A DNA stretch of 64,000 nucleotides from Lama glama (Eukaryota), in contig CM052818.1 of NCBI GenBank assembly GCA_028534125.1, forward strand, positions 42,596,001 to 42,660,000. The letters are read 5' to 3'. A model generated the notes under the pieces. That model made no database searches, had not been told where the DNA came from, and saw nothing but the letters and a program-made list of their open reading frames with translations. This document shows, piece by piece, positions 23,100 to 35,626 of the stretch (position 1 is the first letter of the stretch; every line of letters begins with the position of its first letter). The position numbers and the translations under genes are program-made.

Positions 23100-23850
23100 C
23101 CTCCTTAAATGACTGCAAAACTTCGCGGCCTCCAGTCTTCTTTTCCTCCAAACTAGTCTTCACACAGTGGCAGGAAAGACTTTTCCAAACAAATGTACAT
23201 CTGATTAGGCTCTGATGCCTTCCCGTGGGTCCCCTTCCTCAGTGCCAGTGGACCATAGGGCATCAGGGCACCTACCTCCTCCCTAAGCTTCATTTCCTCT
23301 CAATCCTCAGAATGCATGCCTTGCTGGGGGTGGGGGTGGGGGTGGGGTGGGGGGAGTAGGTCATTTGCAGCTTTCTAAACCTCCTCATCTCTTCCATAAC
23401 ATGAGCCTTGGCCTTTGCTGTCTCCTCTGTACCAGAATGTCTTTCTTGCCCTTGTTCAGATAAATCTCTCCCTTTTCTTTCGGGTTCTGGTGTAAGGTTT
23501 CCCACTGCAGAGTAAGGACTGTGTTTGTCTGGCTCACTGTGGGGCTGCTGAGGGCGGGACTAACACCTGCTCTCGAGCAAACACTAGAGGAATACGTGTT
23601 GGATGAAGTGTCGCCTCCTCTGGTAGCCTCGCCAGCCGCTGTTATACCTCTTTGCTTCCAGGGTGCTTTGTACAAACTCCGTTAGCACTTACTGCCCACT
23701 ACTGCCGTGATCTGTTCATAGCTCTCCTCCCCACAGACTACGGGCTTCTAAAAGTGAGGGACCAGTGATATGGATCTGTGTCCAGTGCCCAGCAGAGACC
23801 TTGGGCCAGGATGGTCTTCCAGTGATGAATGAATGAATGAGTAAATGAAC
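23100..23850 (+). mobile_element. L2 LINE fragments with two 3' ends
   Basis: ccagtcttcttttcctccaaactagtcttcacacagtggcagg...; tgtaaggtttcccactgcagagtaaggactgtgtttgtc; ends in the tgaatgaatgaatga tail. Confidence 0.6.
23326..23354 (+). repeat. (GGGGGT)n-like G-run array, G-quadruplex-capable
   Basis: gggggtgggggtgggggtggggtgggggg. Confidence 0.8.
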
Positions 23851-24578
23851 TAACACTTTTCACTCAAGATGAGCAGTAGGTTAAATAGTAAAGTCAGATA
23901 TAATGGGTATTTTTCCACGTCCTTTGAGTAACCAGCTCTTTTGCCAACCATTATTTGAAAAGAACTTGCTAACTCCCCAACAGGGTTTGCTCTTCACTCT
24001 GGACTTTTCCTGATCCCTCCATTTTACCTTCATCAACACAGAAATGATCTCAGATCTAGTCTTACTGCCTTATTTTATGGATGGGAAAACCAGTGTCCAG
24101 CAAAGGCAAGTGATCTAGTCATTTGCACCCAGGTGAAAGGTAGGACCCCGAGCCCTCCTTCCTTGCAGCCCAACACTTCCTTGCAGTCTTTGCTTTCCAG
24201 TAACCAAGGTCCTGCCAGGGCTCAGACTCCCCAGACAGGTAAAATACCCAGAGCTGCCTTTAGTTTCATATGCTCCTTCTCCAAGGTAGCGTCTTCGTTA
24301 TAAGAAGGACCTTCAACTTTTTAACACACCTGGTGCCTACCTGGGTTCCTAGCATAGAGCAGATGGTCAATATATGTTCTCTGAATCTGAATAATGGCAG
24401 GCTAGAAGGTTGAGTTTTAAAAAAAAATGTGTGGGGGCAGATTTTGGTGAGGAAGCAACCACATTTGTCATTAAAGCAAAGATGAGTTATGACAAATGTA
24501 TAACAGCAATTATATTTCATAGTTGTGTATGTGAACTTTCCCTGGATCCCAGCCAAGTGTGATTGGGAAGGATGAATT

Positions 24579-24730
24579 ATTTTTTAAAAAAATTTATTTA
24601 TTTTCTTTTATCTTTTACGGGGGAGGTCATTAGGTCCATTTATTTATTTATTGTTAGTTTTCTTTTTAATGGAGGTCCTAGGGGATTGAACCGAGGACCT
24701 GTGTGTGCTAAGCATGTGCTCTACCACTTG
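24579..24730 (-). mobile_element. Vic-1-type camelid SINE
   Basis: Antisense of agtggtagagcacatgcttagcacacacaggtcctcggttcaatcccc...ctccattaaaaa. Perfect 10-bp TSD aggatgaatt (24569-24578 / 24731-24740). Confidence 0.9.
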
Positions 24731-25129
24731 AGGATGAATTCAGAGGCTTACAAATCCCACACAAATTCACACGCTCACAAATCCTACACACATTCACACG
24801 CTCACACGCACAACACATCATAGCGAAGATGATCCCTTAAGGTCAGGCTTCCTCTACCCTAAGTCTGAACTTGACAGGAACCTCATGCTTCAGAAGCAAC
24901 TTCATCCCCCTAGTTGTTTGGAAATGATAACACACCTGCTAGGCTCACAGGTGAGTGAGAGAAACATTATGTCCACTTGCTGAGACAGTAAAGAGGCAAA
25001 ATTCAAACATTCCTTTTGATTACTTAGTTTATTAACTAAGATTCCACAAGCTTTGGGAGACAGGACTAAAACCATCCTCTCTTGGAGAGAAGATTGTGGT
25101 TTTAAGGACGTTGCAAAGATCTCTACCCT

Positions 25130-26055
25130 GAGCTCCAGCCCTGTGCACACACCTGTTCACCATTCATCTCCACTGGAATGAGCCACGAGAACATTCCATT
25201 CCACGTGCACACAGTTAACCTCAGATCTTTCTGTTCAAAGCTGCTCCAGATTCTGTACTAATTATTCTGGAAAGTGGTGCAGCCATCTACCCAGTTTCCG
25301 CCTGCACTCTCCTTCCTCCTTCTAAATGTTTCTGAGATTTTGGCAATAATTCCTTTTCTTGCTGCCCCTGTACCATCCCTATTCCTCCTGCCCCAATTCA
25401 GGCGAACTTCTCAGTCAAACTCTGCCCCTTGACATCTCTCCCATCCAAACCTTTGCTCTATCCTTACTGGAAGGAAGCGTCCATGGTAGTGGAGGAGGCG
25501 TCCCTCCGGCCCACAGCTTTGATCTTGACTCTAATTCTGCCTCCCACTGAGGCCACGGTGAGCTCTCTAAAATCCCATTCTTATCATGCCCATGGACCCT
25601 GTCAGAAGCTCTTCAGGGGCATCTCATTGTCCTCAGGGTCCTGTGCAGGCTTGCTAATATTGCCCTGGAGGCCCACAAGGATGGGGGTGTACCCTCTTGG
25701 TGACATCAGGCTCTTTGCATCTGCCTTTAAGGTCTAGTCACTGAGACGGCCCTCTTTGCCTTTTTATAATCCCTTTTGGCTTGCATTACTTTCCCTGAAC
25801 ACCTACCTAATTAGTTTTTTTTAAAGGTTTGACTCAAACCAGGGGTCTCTTCCTCTCTGAACTCTTCTCTGACATCCCCCCTTCTTTGTGTCCCGACCCT
25901 ACCAGGTTGGACTGAGATCATGCACAGAGGATTGCACTGATCTCTTTGCATCTTCTTTCTCCAGGGCAAGAACCTTGTTCACATCCTCATGTCCATGCTT
26001 CACACGGTGCCTGGCACTGGGTAGGCGCTCAGTCATTTCTTACTGAATGAATAAA
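25130..26055 (+). mobile_element. L2 LINE, decayed, with 3' end
   Basis: ccctgagctccagcc...catctaccc... through cacggtgcctggcactgggtaggcgctcagtcatttcttactgaatgaat. Confidence 0.7.
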
Positions 26056-26513
26056 GCACAAGGAACTGGCATGGGGGCGGCTGTAATGCTGGTAAGAGAA
26101 TCCCAGGGTGCAGTGAGGTTGGCAAGCTCAGGCCTGCCTTCCGGAGGGCAGCCTGTACCCCTGCACTCCATGGCCCATTCTCCAAGGCTGAGCATTGGAA
26201 GTGAGAACTAGATTACAAGGAGTGTGGTACTTTCTCCCTTCCCAGAAGGAAAAGGCTGGAACCTGGGTGCAGCAAGCTGTAAAACAGGGTCACATTTGGA
26301 GACCTGGGCTGTGCTTGGCCCACACATCTGAAAGGTTTGGAAGCTGCTGTGTCTGATGGGTCATAAGGTGGGGCCGGGTTGGAGGTGGGAGGAAGAATTT
26401 GAGTGCCTTCACTTGGAGCATGAACTTTCAAGTTTATTCCACGCCCCACCTCTTCTGCTTATGAAGCTGCTGTCTCCCCGGGTAATATGTATTCTTGACT
26501 GAGGGCTACTTTT

Positions 26514-27125
26514 TTTTTTAACATCTTTTTTATTGAGTTAAAGTCATTTTACAATGTTGTGTCAAGTTCCAGTGTAGAGCACAATTTTTCAGTCATACAT
26601 GAACATATATATATTCATTGTCACATTTTTTTTTGCTGTGAGCTACCACAAGATCTTGTATATATTTCCCTGTGTTATACAGTCCCTACTTCAAAAAGAC
26701 ACCTGCACCCCAATGTTCATAGCAACACTATTTACAATAGCCAAGACATGGAAACAGCCTAAATGTCCATCAACGGATGACTGGATAAGGAAGAGGTGGT
26801 ATACTTATACAATGGAATACTATTCAGCTGTAAAAACTGACAACATAACGGCATTTGCAGCATCATGGATGTTCCTGGAGAAAGTCATTCTAAGTGAAGT
26901 AAGCCAGAAAGAGAAAGAAAAATACCATACGAGATCGCTCATATGTGGAATCTTAAAAAAAAAAAGGGAACATAAATACAAAACAGAAACAGACTCATAG
27001 ACATAGAATACAAACTTGTGGTTGCCAAGGGGGCAGGGGGTGGGAAGGGACAGACTGGGGTTTCAAAATGTAGAATAGATAGACAAGATTATGCTGTATA
27101 GCACAGGGAAATATGTACAAGATCT
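26514..27125 (-). mobile_element. Young L1 with 5' inversion (twin priming)
   Basis: Antisense 3' UTR at 26514-26683, then sense ORF2 end and UTR at 26684-27127 (DTCTPMFIATLFTIAKTWKQPKCPSTDDWI...). TSD tgagggctactttt (26500-26513) / tgaggactactttt (27126-27139). Confidence 0.92.
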
Positions 27126-27308
27126 TGAGGACTACTTTTAATAATACAGTGCTTTTGTGTGAAATAGCATAGATAATTGCAGAAGGGAATTCCTTATCCA
27201 GGGTAGCCACAGTGCTGCTTCAGGGCATGTGACCAAGAGAGTGGAACAACATCTGGTCCCCACTGTCCCCACTACCTACACACATGTGACAGCCCAGTTT
27301 TGACTCAT

Positions 27309-27860
27309 TGTGGCAGGCAGACTGTAAGATGGCCTTAATGATCTCTGCCTCCTGGTATTCACACCTTGTGTAACTCCCTCTCCTCGACTTCCTTCTAACT
27401 AATACAGTGTGATGGCAAAGGTGTTGGCATGGCACTTCTGTGATTAGGTTATAGGAGGTGGTAGCTTCCATTTGGCTTGTAGACTCTCTCTCTTCTGGCT
27501 TGGATGAAGCAATCTGCCATGTTGGTGAGGGGCCCACCTGGCAAGGAAATGAGGGTGGACACTGGCCAGCAGCCAACAAGAAATTAAGGCCCTCGGGCTA
27601 AAAACCCTCAAGGAACTTAATCCTACCAATGATCTTGTGAGCAAGCTTGGCAGCAGATTCTTCCCCAGTCAAGCCTTCAGATAAGACCTCAGCCGTGGCC
27701 AACACTGTGATTGCAGCCTCATGAGAGATCGCAGAGGAACCAACAAAGTTATGCCCGATTTCTGACCCATAGCGACTGTGAAATAACAAATGTGTGATTT
27801 TTTTTTTTTTTTGCTGGCAGTTTGAGGCTGTTTGTTATGTAGCCATAGATAAGTAATGTC
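27309..27860 (+). mobile_element. MaLR LTR (MLT1E/MLT1F-like)
   Basis: Starts tgtggcaggcagactgtaagatggcc; contains gaagcaatctgccatgttg...tggcaagga and cagattcttccccagtcaagccttcagat; ends tttgttatgtagccatagataagtaat. Confidence 0.88.
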
Positions 27861-28327
27861 TTCATTTGTGATTTTCTGACCATTTCTCTTTAGATCAATC
27901 CATGGAGCTTCTTGCCCTGGGTCCTACCAGCACTTGTTTCCAAAAGGAACATGAACAAGCACATGGGTTGTTTCTGGCTTGTGATACTATGCATGGGTGA
28001 CAAAGAAGGAAGATGTGACAATCTGGCCCACCTTATGGACAGGGAGTTGCAAACAGGACTGGGAATAGAACCATAAACCTTGTGCATGTGATGCACTGTC
28101 TGCTTTTCTGGGACAACCGGGAAGAAAATAACCTCAGACTGTAAGACCGTAGTCTTGGCCATATCTGAAAACATGCGGCGTCTGCTAAGACGACAAGGAA
28201 GAGCCAATAAATCATCAAACAGGGCTTAGCAGCTAACTGTCACACAGTGGTCCATCTGCTAGGCAAGACTGCTGTGCCACGTTAGAGTGGTTACAATGAG
28301 AAGAATAACTCTTTGGACTTGATAAAT

Positions 28328-28387
<60 letters not shown>
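28328..28387 (+). repeat. (TCTA)15 tetranucleotide microsatellite
   Basis: Perfect tcta repeat, 60 bp. Confidence 0.97.
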
Positions 28388-28388
<1 letters not shown>

Positions 28389-28699
28389 TTTTTTTTTCTG
28401 AAAGCAATCCAGGCATGACATTTAAGCCACACTACAAAACAGACTGTCAGCGGGATATAAATCCAAAGCAATATGCTTTATCTTGGTACAGACAAGTAGC
28501 TCTCTGATATTTTTTTAAGGGAAAAAAAATCAAGAAAACAACAAAATTTTCCTGTACAGCTGCAGTACACTTATTGAAATGCCTTTTAAAAAATGCACTG
28601 AGTGTTTCTGCCTTATAAGTGTTGAATCCTAAGTGGTATTTGTCCTCTACTTTGCTTCCATAAAATATTAGTGATAGAATGTGACTTAGAGACTCTCTG

Positions 28700-28990
28700 A
28701 TTGAAACTTCTCATTTTATAGGTAAAGAACCAAGGTCAGGGGGTTGGGAGAGCTTTTCTCCATCATAAACTAGGATAATACAGAGAGGGGACAAGTAGCA
28801 AGCCAGGCACACCAGCTGGCATTTTGATTTCATCCTTGTGACAACCGAAGAGGTATTATGCTCTCCATCTTACAGATGAAAAAGAGCAAATCTCAGGGAC
28901 GTTAAGTCACTGGTGCTGTGACACACCGCTCATAAGAGGGGAGCAGAGCCTGGACTCAAATGCAACTCTTCCTGATCCCAGGGCCTCAGC
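28700..28990 (-). mobile_element. MIR SINE fragments
   Basis: catccttgtgacaacc..gaggtattatgctctccatcttacagatgaaaaa...ctcagggacgttaagtcac. Confidence 0.65.
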
Positions 28991-29449
28991 TTTTAAACAT
29001 TTCTAAAAGCCATAGTACCTCTGGGCGCAGAGTTCCTAACGTTTGTTCAATACTCCTTCCAAAAGCCCCAGCTGATATAAAGTTAATATTTTTTTTCCAC
29101 CAGAAACCTTTGGTAATAAGCCAGTTGTCTAGAAATACAGGAAAGAAGGAGACGAAGTTCATTGCCTGCACCTGGTTTGTCTCCTGTACTGCCCCTCCAG
29201 GGCCAGCCTCGTCATCCACTGCAAACTACGGCTCTCACCTTAACTTTCCAATTTGCATGTTAGCTTTTGCTGCATTAAAAAAAAATCCACAACTTAGTGG
29301 CTTAAAAAAATGCATTGACTAAGGAATGTGTAAAGGGAAGGAGTCTCATCAGGACGAGACCTACAGACTTTCCATAATCGAGCTTTTCAACTTAGTGCGC
29401 CCAGGTGAACACGTGGTGATCTCTTTAAAACACGTACCTTCCTCACTGG

Positions 29450-30028
29450 TCCCCTTTCCTCTGCCTGATGTGCTTCCCTCCACCATCCACACAGCTGCCA
29501 GGCTGTCTTTCTAAAAGACAAAAATGAACACATTACTTCTTTGCATGAAGTCCATTAATGGCTTCCCGTAGGTCTCAGGGTAGATAGAAAACCCTTTGGT
29601 TGAGCTCCCATAGCTTTTCCTGTTCCGGTCTTGGTTTTGTCTCTGGCCTCATCTCCTGGCACTCCACAACCTTCCCGCTTTACCTGGGCTTTCTCTCCTG
29701 GCCTTTGGGCTTCTTCAGTTTCAGGCATGAGCTCCTCCTTGTGGTCAAGGCCCTTTCCTTCTCTGCCTGACTCCTACTAGTCCATGATGACTCATAGCTT
29801 GGCATACTCCTCCAGGAAGCCTTCCTTGATCATCAGTGGTTAAGGACATCCATCTCTGAATGTTAACTGCGCCGCATGCTTACCTCTACCACAGCATATG
29901 CCTATATTCTACTATCTCTTTATTTGTCTGTCTTTCCCATTTATCAACTCAAATGCTGATGTTAGCCTCTGGAATACAGAAGACATTCAATAATTATTTG
30001 TGACTGAATGAATGAATGAATGAATGAA
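29450..30028 (+). mobile_element. L2 LINE 3' portion with (TGAA)n tail
   Basis: ccatccacacagctgccagg..tctttctaaaa...ctcctccaggaagccttcct...cattcaataattatttg..(tgaa)6. Confidence 0.8.
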
Positions 30029-30848
30029 AGTTAAATAACTAACAGTGCCAATGGGTAGTTTGTTTTCTTTCTCATGACTGAGATACAGCCTCTTATAAAT
30101 GGATTTTGTAAAAGGTTTAATGTTCTTTTCTTTTTTATCAAGTTATTCCCCTCCCATCATTTCATGTTCATCTTAGCCTGATTTCAGAAGAAACTGTTTA
30201 GCACAATTCAATTTTAAGAACATAAATTCAGAGGGGCAGGAAATGAGAAATTGCTCTTTGAAATGCTCTTGGGAAATTTCAGTCTATGCCTTGTGTTGTT
30301 GAAAATAAAATAGCTCCAGACCAGGATACAGAAGAGGAGGTAAAATGAAACCTTGGTCTATAACATTATTTCAGATAAAAATCCCTCTGGACCAAATGAA
30401 CACCATAGGACCGCTAAATTGACTTGCTAAAGGGATTTCTTTTTTAAAAAGTAAATACATGGTGAGAAATTTCATAAGCTACCTAGAGAAACTAGGGCTG
30501 GCAGAGGATGAACTCCTGGGTTCTGCAGTGACTAAGCACATGAAGGAAAAGATCTAAACTAGAAAAGCAAGAAGAGGGTTGTCAGGCACATCTGGGCCCA
30601 ACCTTTCTCTGCTTTCTGAGCCACTGGGTCATTTGACATGATGACGACTTGATGGGGTGTTTTCTTTCTGAGTGTGTTCTGTTTTGTGTATGTGGAATGC
30701 AGATTTTCCCGATTGGAAGAGTTAGTCATTTTGAGGTGAGATGATGTATTAAGAGTTAGGGTTAGCTGTTCCTATGATTAATTCCATTTTCTAATATAGC
30801 TTGAAGAAAGAAGAGATTTGAGTTAATTCTGGTTAAAATGGTTTGCTA

Positions 30849-31087
30849 AATAGCATTTACTCTGGACAGGGCCCTTTCTAAGGACTTTGCAAATTATTTA
30901 CTCATTTAATTTGCATGACAACCCTAGGCACTGGGGTACCATCATTGTCCCTATTTTACAGATGGAGAAGTTGAGATTCAGAAAAGCGAAGTTTCTTGTC
31001 CAGGACCACACAGCTAGGAAGCCGCAGAGCCAGGCTTTGAGCCAAATGGTCTGGCTGTAGGACCTGGGTGCTTAACCACTACCACTA
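30849..31087 (-). mobile_element. MIR SINE, near full length
   Basis: ctcatttaatttgcatgacaaccctagg...cctattttacagatggagaagttgagattcaga...accacacagctaggaag..gcagagccagg...gtgcttaaccactac. Confidence 0.88.
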
Positions 31088-32642
31088 GGGAAGGAAACTT
31101 CATTAAATTCTTACTCAGTGTTAGCTATTGGAGTTTAAATCATTTCCTTTAATCTTGACAACAAATAAGGGATACCTTACTCTTCTTTTATCAAAGAAAT
31201 CAGGGGCCGGAGATCATAAGGGAGAGTTGTCAGTGGCAGACCTGGGCTGTGATCCCCGGCGTACCTCATTCTAAAACCCACGTGCTATCCTGTACCACCT
31301 CTGTGTACCTCCCTCAGGAAGAGCCCCTTCCTTTCAGCCCATTGGTATAAGCAGTAATACTGTTTCAGATTTGTCTGGAATAAATCCCCCCCAACCAAGT
31401 CAATCCTCATGGATTTCTGAGGCAGAAGGGAGCAATGTTGCTCCCTGCCATATAAGTGAGAAAACCCTTGAGTGAAAAGGGGAAGTGACTTGTTCAAGGT
31501 CAAACAGGCTGGAGATAAAAAAAAAAACAAGTGCACATTTTCTGACTTTAAGACCAGTGCGATTTCTACTTTTTCACAGCTCCTTCAGAGTTGTTGAGTG
31601 ACAGCTCAGTTGAGTGATCTTGAAAAGCTGGTAGATTGTTTGAAAATTTGCTTTCGACAACATCTTGAGAGCTGAATTTGAGGAGGAAGGTTCAGAAAGG
31701 TAACTTTGAGTTTCTTTGTTCAAAGGCAGGAACACAGAGACAAGTTTTCAAATCCTCAAGTGATTGACTTGGGGAGGAGAAGTTAATTTTGCTGAACTTT
31801 TCCACAGTTGTAATCCAGCCAAGTCATCCTGGGTAAAGCATTCTCTTCACACTCTTCTCACCCTGCTTCATGCTGTGTGAGTAAAAGAGGAAGGAGTAGT
31901 GGAATTCTTATCTTCTGATTCTTCACTGTGCCCAAGACAATTTTGAAGGCTCTCATAATTTTGAAAGCCTGTCTTCTCGAAGGGCAATAAACAGTTAGCC
32001 CCACTGAAGACAAATCCAATTAAATTGGCACGAGAGCGTAAATTAAAAAGTTGGGGGGTGGTAAGCTCAGATGTTAAATCCTTGGGCAGAGATCCTAGCC
32101 ACAACAAATCAGGTCTTGGCTTCATTTTAACATCCAAATCATCTACTCCAAATGTCAACCTCAAATCTGCCCAACCATGAAGCTCAAAATCAAATTAAAC
32201 TTGGTGCTTTTGTTCTGCTACATGGGCCAATTTCTCTCTCTCTCTCTCTCCCCTCTGTATTGTCTCTCAAGTTTCCCTTCTCTCCTGGGCTCAGAGTCAA
32301 AACCCAAGCTGGGACCTGCTGAGGGATCTTGGTTCTGAGATAGCAAAACAGGTTTAGACGGAAGGAAAAACACTCTAGTCGCACAATAGGATGGACCTGT
32401 GTTCTGGATTCAGAGGCAAGAAGGAAGCTGAGTGTAGTGCAAGCTACTCATTATGGAAGAATTTGAGGCTCAGAATGGAAAAAAAGCAGCAGTTAAGGGG
32501 ACAAAAGCACAGGGGAGCTGGATTTGAATTATGGCCCCTCCTTACCCAGGGGAATAATTGAGTAATGGGTCCTCTTAGGACCTTAGTTTTCACACCTTAT
32601 AAGATGGAAATAAAAACAACAGATTTAAAGGAGATAGAATTT

Positions 32643-32677
32643 TATATCTATATATCTATCTATCTATATATATACAT

Positions 32678-32729
<52 letters not shown>
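32643..32729 (+). repeat. Compound (TA)/(TCTA)/(CA)/(TA)/T microsatellite
   Basis: tatatctatatatctatctatctatatatatacatacacacacacacacacacacatatatatatatatatatatatattttttttt. Confidence 0.95.
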
Positions 32730-33691
32730 TACTGTGCAAGGTCAGATAGAGAGATTGTGAGTCTTGGAGCCAGAACTCCGAGCTACTGGCTCTCCAGCCA
32801 CTGCCCACTTTTCCAGGCGACCCTTTAAAGCAGTCCTGTTCATTCTTTGCTGCTTTTTGCCTTTGCAGCAGTCTTTTTTATCAAGCCATTTTCTCTCTTG
32901 GAGAACAGCTAAGCACATAAAGTTTTTCTGTTCTTTTTATGAACCTCAGGTGAAACCCAAGTTCTCATATGCAAATGAAGGCAGAACTCTTTCCCCTAAA
33001 CTGATTGCCTGTGGAGATGGTGGTCTCCAGAGAAACCAGACCTGAGAAACCCTCCCAGCACAGTTTTCAGGCAAATGCACCTGTTTTTAATTAGCGCGAA
33101 CAAAAACAATCCTGCCAGCAACAAGCAAAGCTGGATAGCATCAGTTTTGGGAGGCGTTAACCCTTCAGCGCATCTCACTCCGAAAGGCTGGGAAGAAGCA
33201 AGCTCGGGGGGCCACCTCCAACCACCCTCCCTCCCAGCACCTCCGCCTTCCTCTGTGGGCAACCTCACCACCAGCCTCCCACTGAAAAAGTGGAAACTTC
33301 CTTTGTTCCCTCCAACTTAATCCCCTCCCTGGAACTTTGTTTTATCAGCACCATATCCTGGTCTGGTGCATCCTCTACAAAGCTCCCTTTGGACCATTAT
33401 CTCGTTTCTTCTTGCAACTACACGGAAGAAGATAGAATTACCTGGTTTCTTACAGCCAAGGACACCGAGCTCACAAAGGTCACGGGATTCTGGTTGTGCA
33501 GAGAGCCAGGAGTTGAGCTCAGGGATGAATTCTGATCCAAAGTCCAGTCCTGGCCCACAGTCCTGCTCTCAGCCTCTGGTGCCACCTCCATTTTTTTCAG
33601 CAGGGGTCAGTGGCTGATCTGCATTAAAATAACCTGGTTTTGTTCCAGTGCAGGTGGAAGGACAATTTTTTGAGGAGCATTCCCTTAGGCT

Positions 33692-33850
33692 CAGTGGTTC
33701 TCAGTTCTAGCTGTGCCTTAGAATCTTGGGGAACTTATAAAAACAGATGGGTCAGATCCCATCTGAGACCAATTATGTAGGAGTGTCTGGGAGTAGGCTC
33801 TGGTACTTTCTAGCATGCCCCAGGTGGTCCTAATGCATAGTCAGGGTTCA
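33692..33850. mobile_element. MER5-family hAT-Charlie MITE
   Basis: Terminus cagtggttctc; internal ttagaatc..ggggaactt..aaaaacagat...ccccaggtggtcctaatgcatag.cagggtt. Confidence 0.7.
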
Positions 33851-34134
33851 GGTGAACTCTGATGACCCTTCCAACTCTGCAACACTGAGGTTTTGCAGGT
33901 GGGGAGGGGCCCTGGCCCTAGGATGTTGGAGGAACAGAGGCTTGGGGCTAATATCTCTTCAGAGCAGTTGGCAGCCTTGTATAAATATTATTCCCCTTTA
34001 CACTCCGCGGTGGCATGGTGCCCTGGTCCCTTAGTTTGTGTTCATCTAATCGATCTGTAGGGAAATTAAGCAGGATTCGTATTGTCACATGTTCTCTTTC
34101 TTTTTGATAAGACTTATGATATTCTATATGAAAA

Positions 34135-34372
34135 AGGTAAATTAGGGGTTGGGGATTAACGGACACATGTTACTATATCCAAAATAGAGAAACAAGGATC
34201 TACTGAATAGCACAGGGAACTATATTCAACTTCTTATAATAACATATAATGGAAAAGAATCTGAAAAGAAAAAAAGTATATGTATGTATATGTATAACTG
34301 AATCACTTTGCTGTACACCTGAAACTAACATTGTAAATCAACTACATGTCAATAATTTTTTTTTTTCAAAGA
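34135..34372 (+). mobile_element. Artiodactyl L1 3' UTR, 5' truncated
   Basis: tagcacagggaactatattcaa...tataatggaaaagaatctgaaaa...tataactgaatcactttgctgtacacctgaaactaacattgtaaatcaact. Confidence 0.88.
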
Positions 34373-34497
34373 AGAAGGAACTGCAGGGCAAAGCTGTTAG
34401 GGTGTCTGCCTCCTTTTAAGGCCATGAAACTTTTGTGAAGACAATGGAAGTTAAGCAAACCCTCTCCAGAAAAAGGATGTGCAAGGATACTACAGGC

Positions 34498-34683
34498 CAG
34501 TGGTTCTTAAACTTTAACAAGCAGGCGTCGGAATCACCTGGAGGGTCAGGAAAACGCAGGCCCCACCCCCGGGCTTTCTGCTTCCAAAAGTCTAGAGAGG
34601 GACCAGACGTTCTGCATTTCTAACAAGCTCTCTGGTGGGGCTGGAGCTGCTGATTTGGGGAGGACACTCTTTGAGAACCGATG
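34498..34683. mobile_element. MER5A hAT-Charlie MITE
   Basis: Terminal inverted repeats cagtggttctt...gagaaccgatg; internal gaatcacctggaggg and tctgcatttctaacaagctc. Confidence 0.85.
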
Positions 34684-35354
34684 CCCTCAGACAAAAGCCT
34701 CTTTTCTAGTCTGACTCTCCGATATTGCAGGTGCCCGAGTTTCGGCATAGAGAGGTCGTCCAGCAAGCTCACGGCACAGCAGGTAACGTCCGGTTCCGTC
34801 CATTTCAGGGCAACCAATTCCATCCCCTTGACGTAAGCAAAGGGTCTAAGACAAGGTCCCTGCCACTGACTTAAAGATCCGTGGCTAATGGTAATGAAAG
34901 TCTAAATGTGATCATTGTCAAAGGACATTATCAGTGTCAGGGAAACATCTTCATAATTTGGGGGCTCGGGTGGAAGGAGGCACTCAGGGACGGTTTGGGG
35001 GAGGGGGCTGCATTTGAGCTCCATCCAGAAGGAAGCTTGGAAGGTGGGAAAATGTTGCACTGTGTATGGGAAAAATCCTTTATTACTTTGTTCTGCCTTT
35101 GTGCTTTGTGAAAACATGTCTCGTTCATAAAGGCTGTGAAGTACTTTTGTGAGTTACTAGAGCTCCGATCTTCCAAATAGAAGGCGCCGTTCATTGGGGG
35201 ACGGAGACCCCGCGTGCTCACTGGATGCCGAGGGAGCGAATGAATCCTGTCTACCCTACAGCAGCCAGGGCACTAGTGGGCCAAAGGCAGGAGTGAAGAG
35301 ACACAGGAAGCAAATGCATCTGCTACTTGGATGGGATTTTAATTTCAATAAATG

Positions 35355-35366
35355 GAAAGTGAAACT
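35355..35366 (+). promoter_or_regulatory. ISRE consensus motif
   Basis: gaaagtgaaact matches GAAANNGAAACT; ETS core acaggaag about 50 bp upstream. Confidence 0.4.
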
Positions 35367-35584
35367 AGACATGGAAACCCACCTCCCAGGAGGTGTAAGG
35401 AGCAGCCTCTATTTTAGGGAGTCGAGCTGAAATCCCTGACAGCGGGTTTGAGGGGAGAGAGGACAGGAGGTGGAGTGGAAGTGGGGTGACTAGGCCAAGC
35501 TTCTGACATTTCCCTGTTCTCCTCAGTACTGAGTAATGGGAGTCCCGGGCGTGGTCATCTCGGATTTGGGAGAAGGAAATTGTA

Positions 35585-35626
35585 TGTGTGTGTGTGTGTG
35601 CGTATGTGTGGTTTTTTTTTTTTTTC
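35585..35626 (+). repeat. (TG)n plus poly(T) microsatellite
   Basis: tgtgtgtgtgtgtgtgcgtatgtgtggtttttttttttttt. Confidence 0.9.

Noticed and set aside
24680..24730. tRNA-like sequence
   Set aside because: It is the head of a SINE with an A-rich tail and TSD, not a complete tRNA cloverleaf.
34731..34782. Plus-strand exon-like unit (ttgcag|...CAG|gtaacg)
   Set aside because: It resembles an antisense MIR remnant; no partner exons or coding signal.
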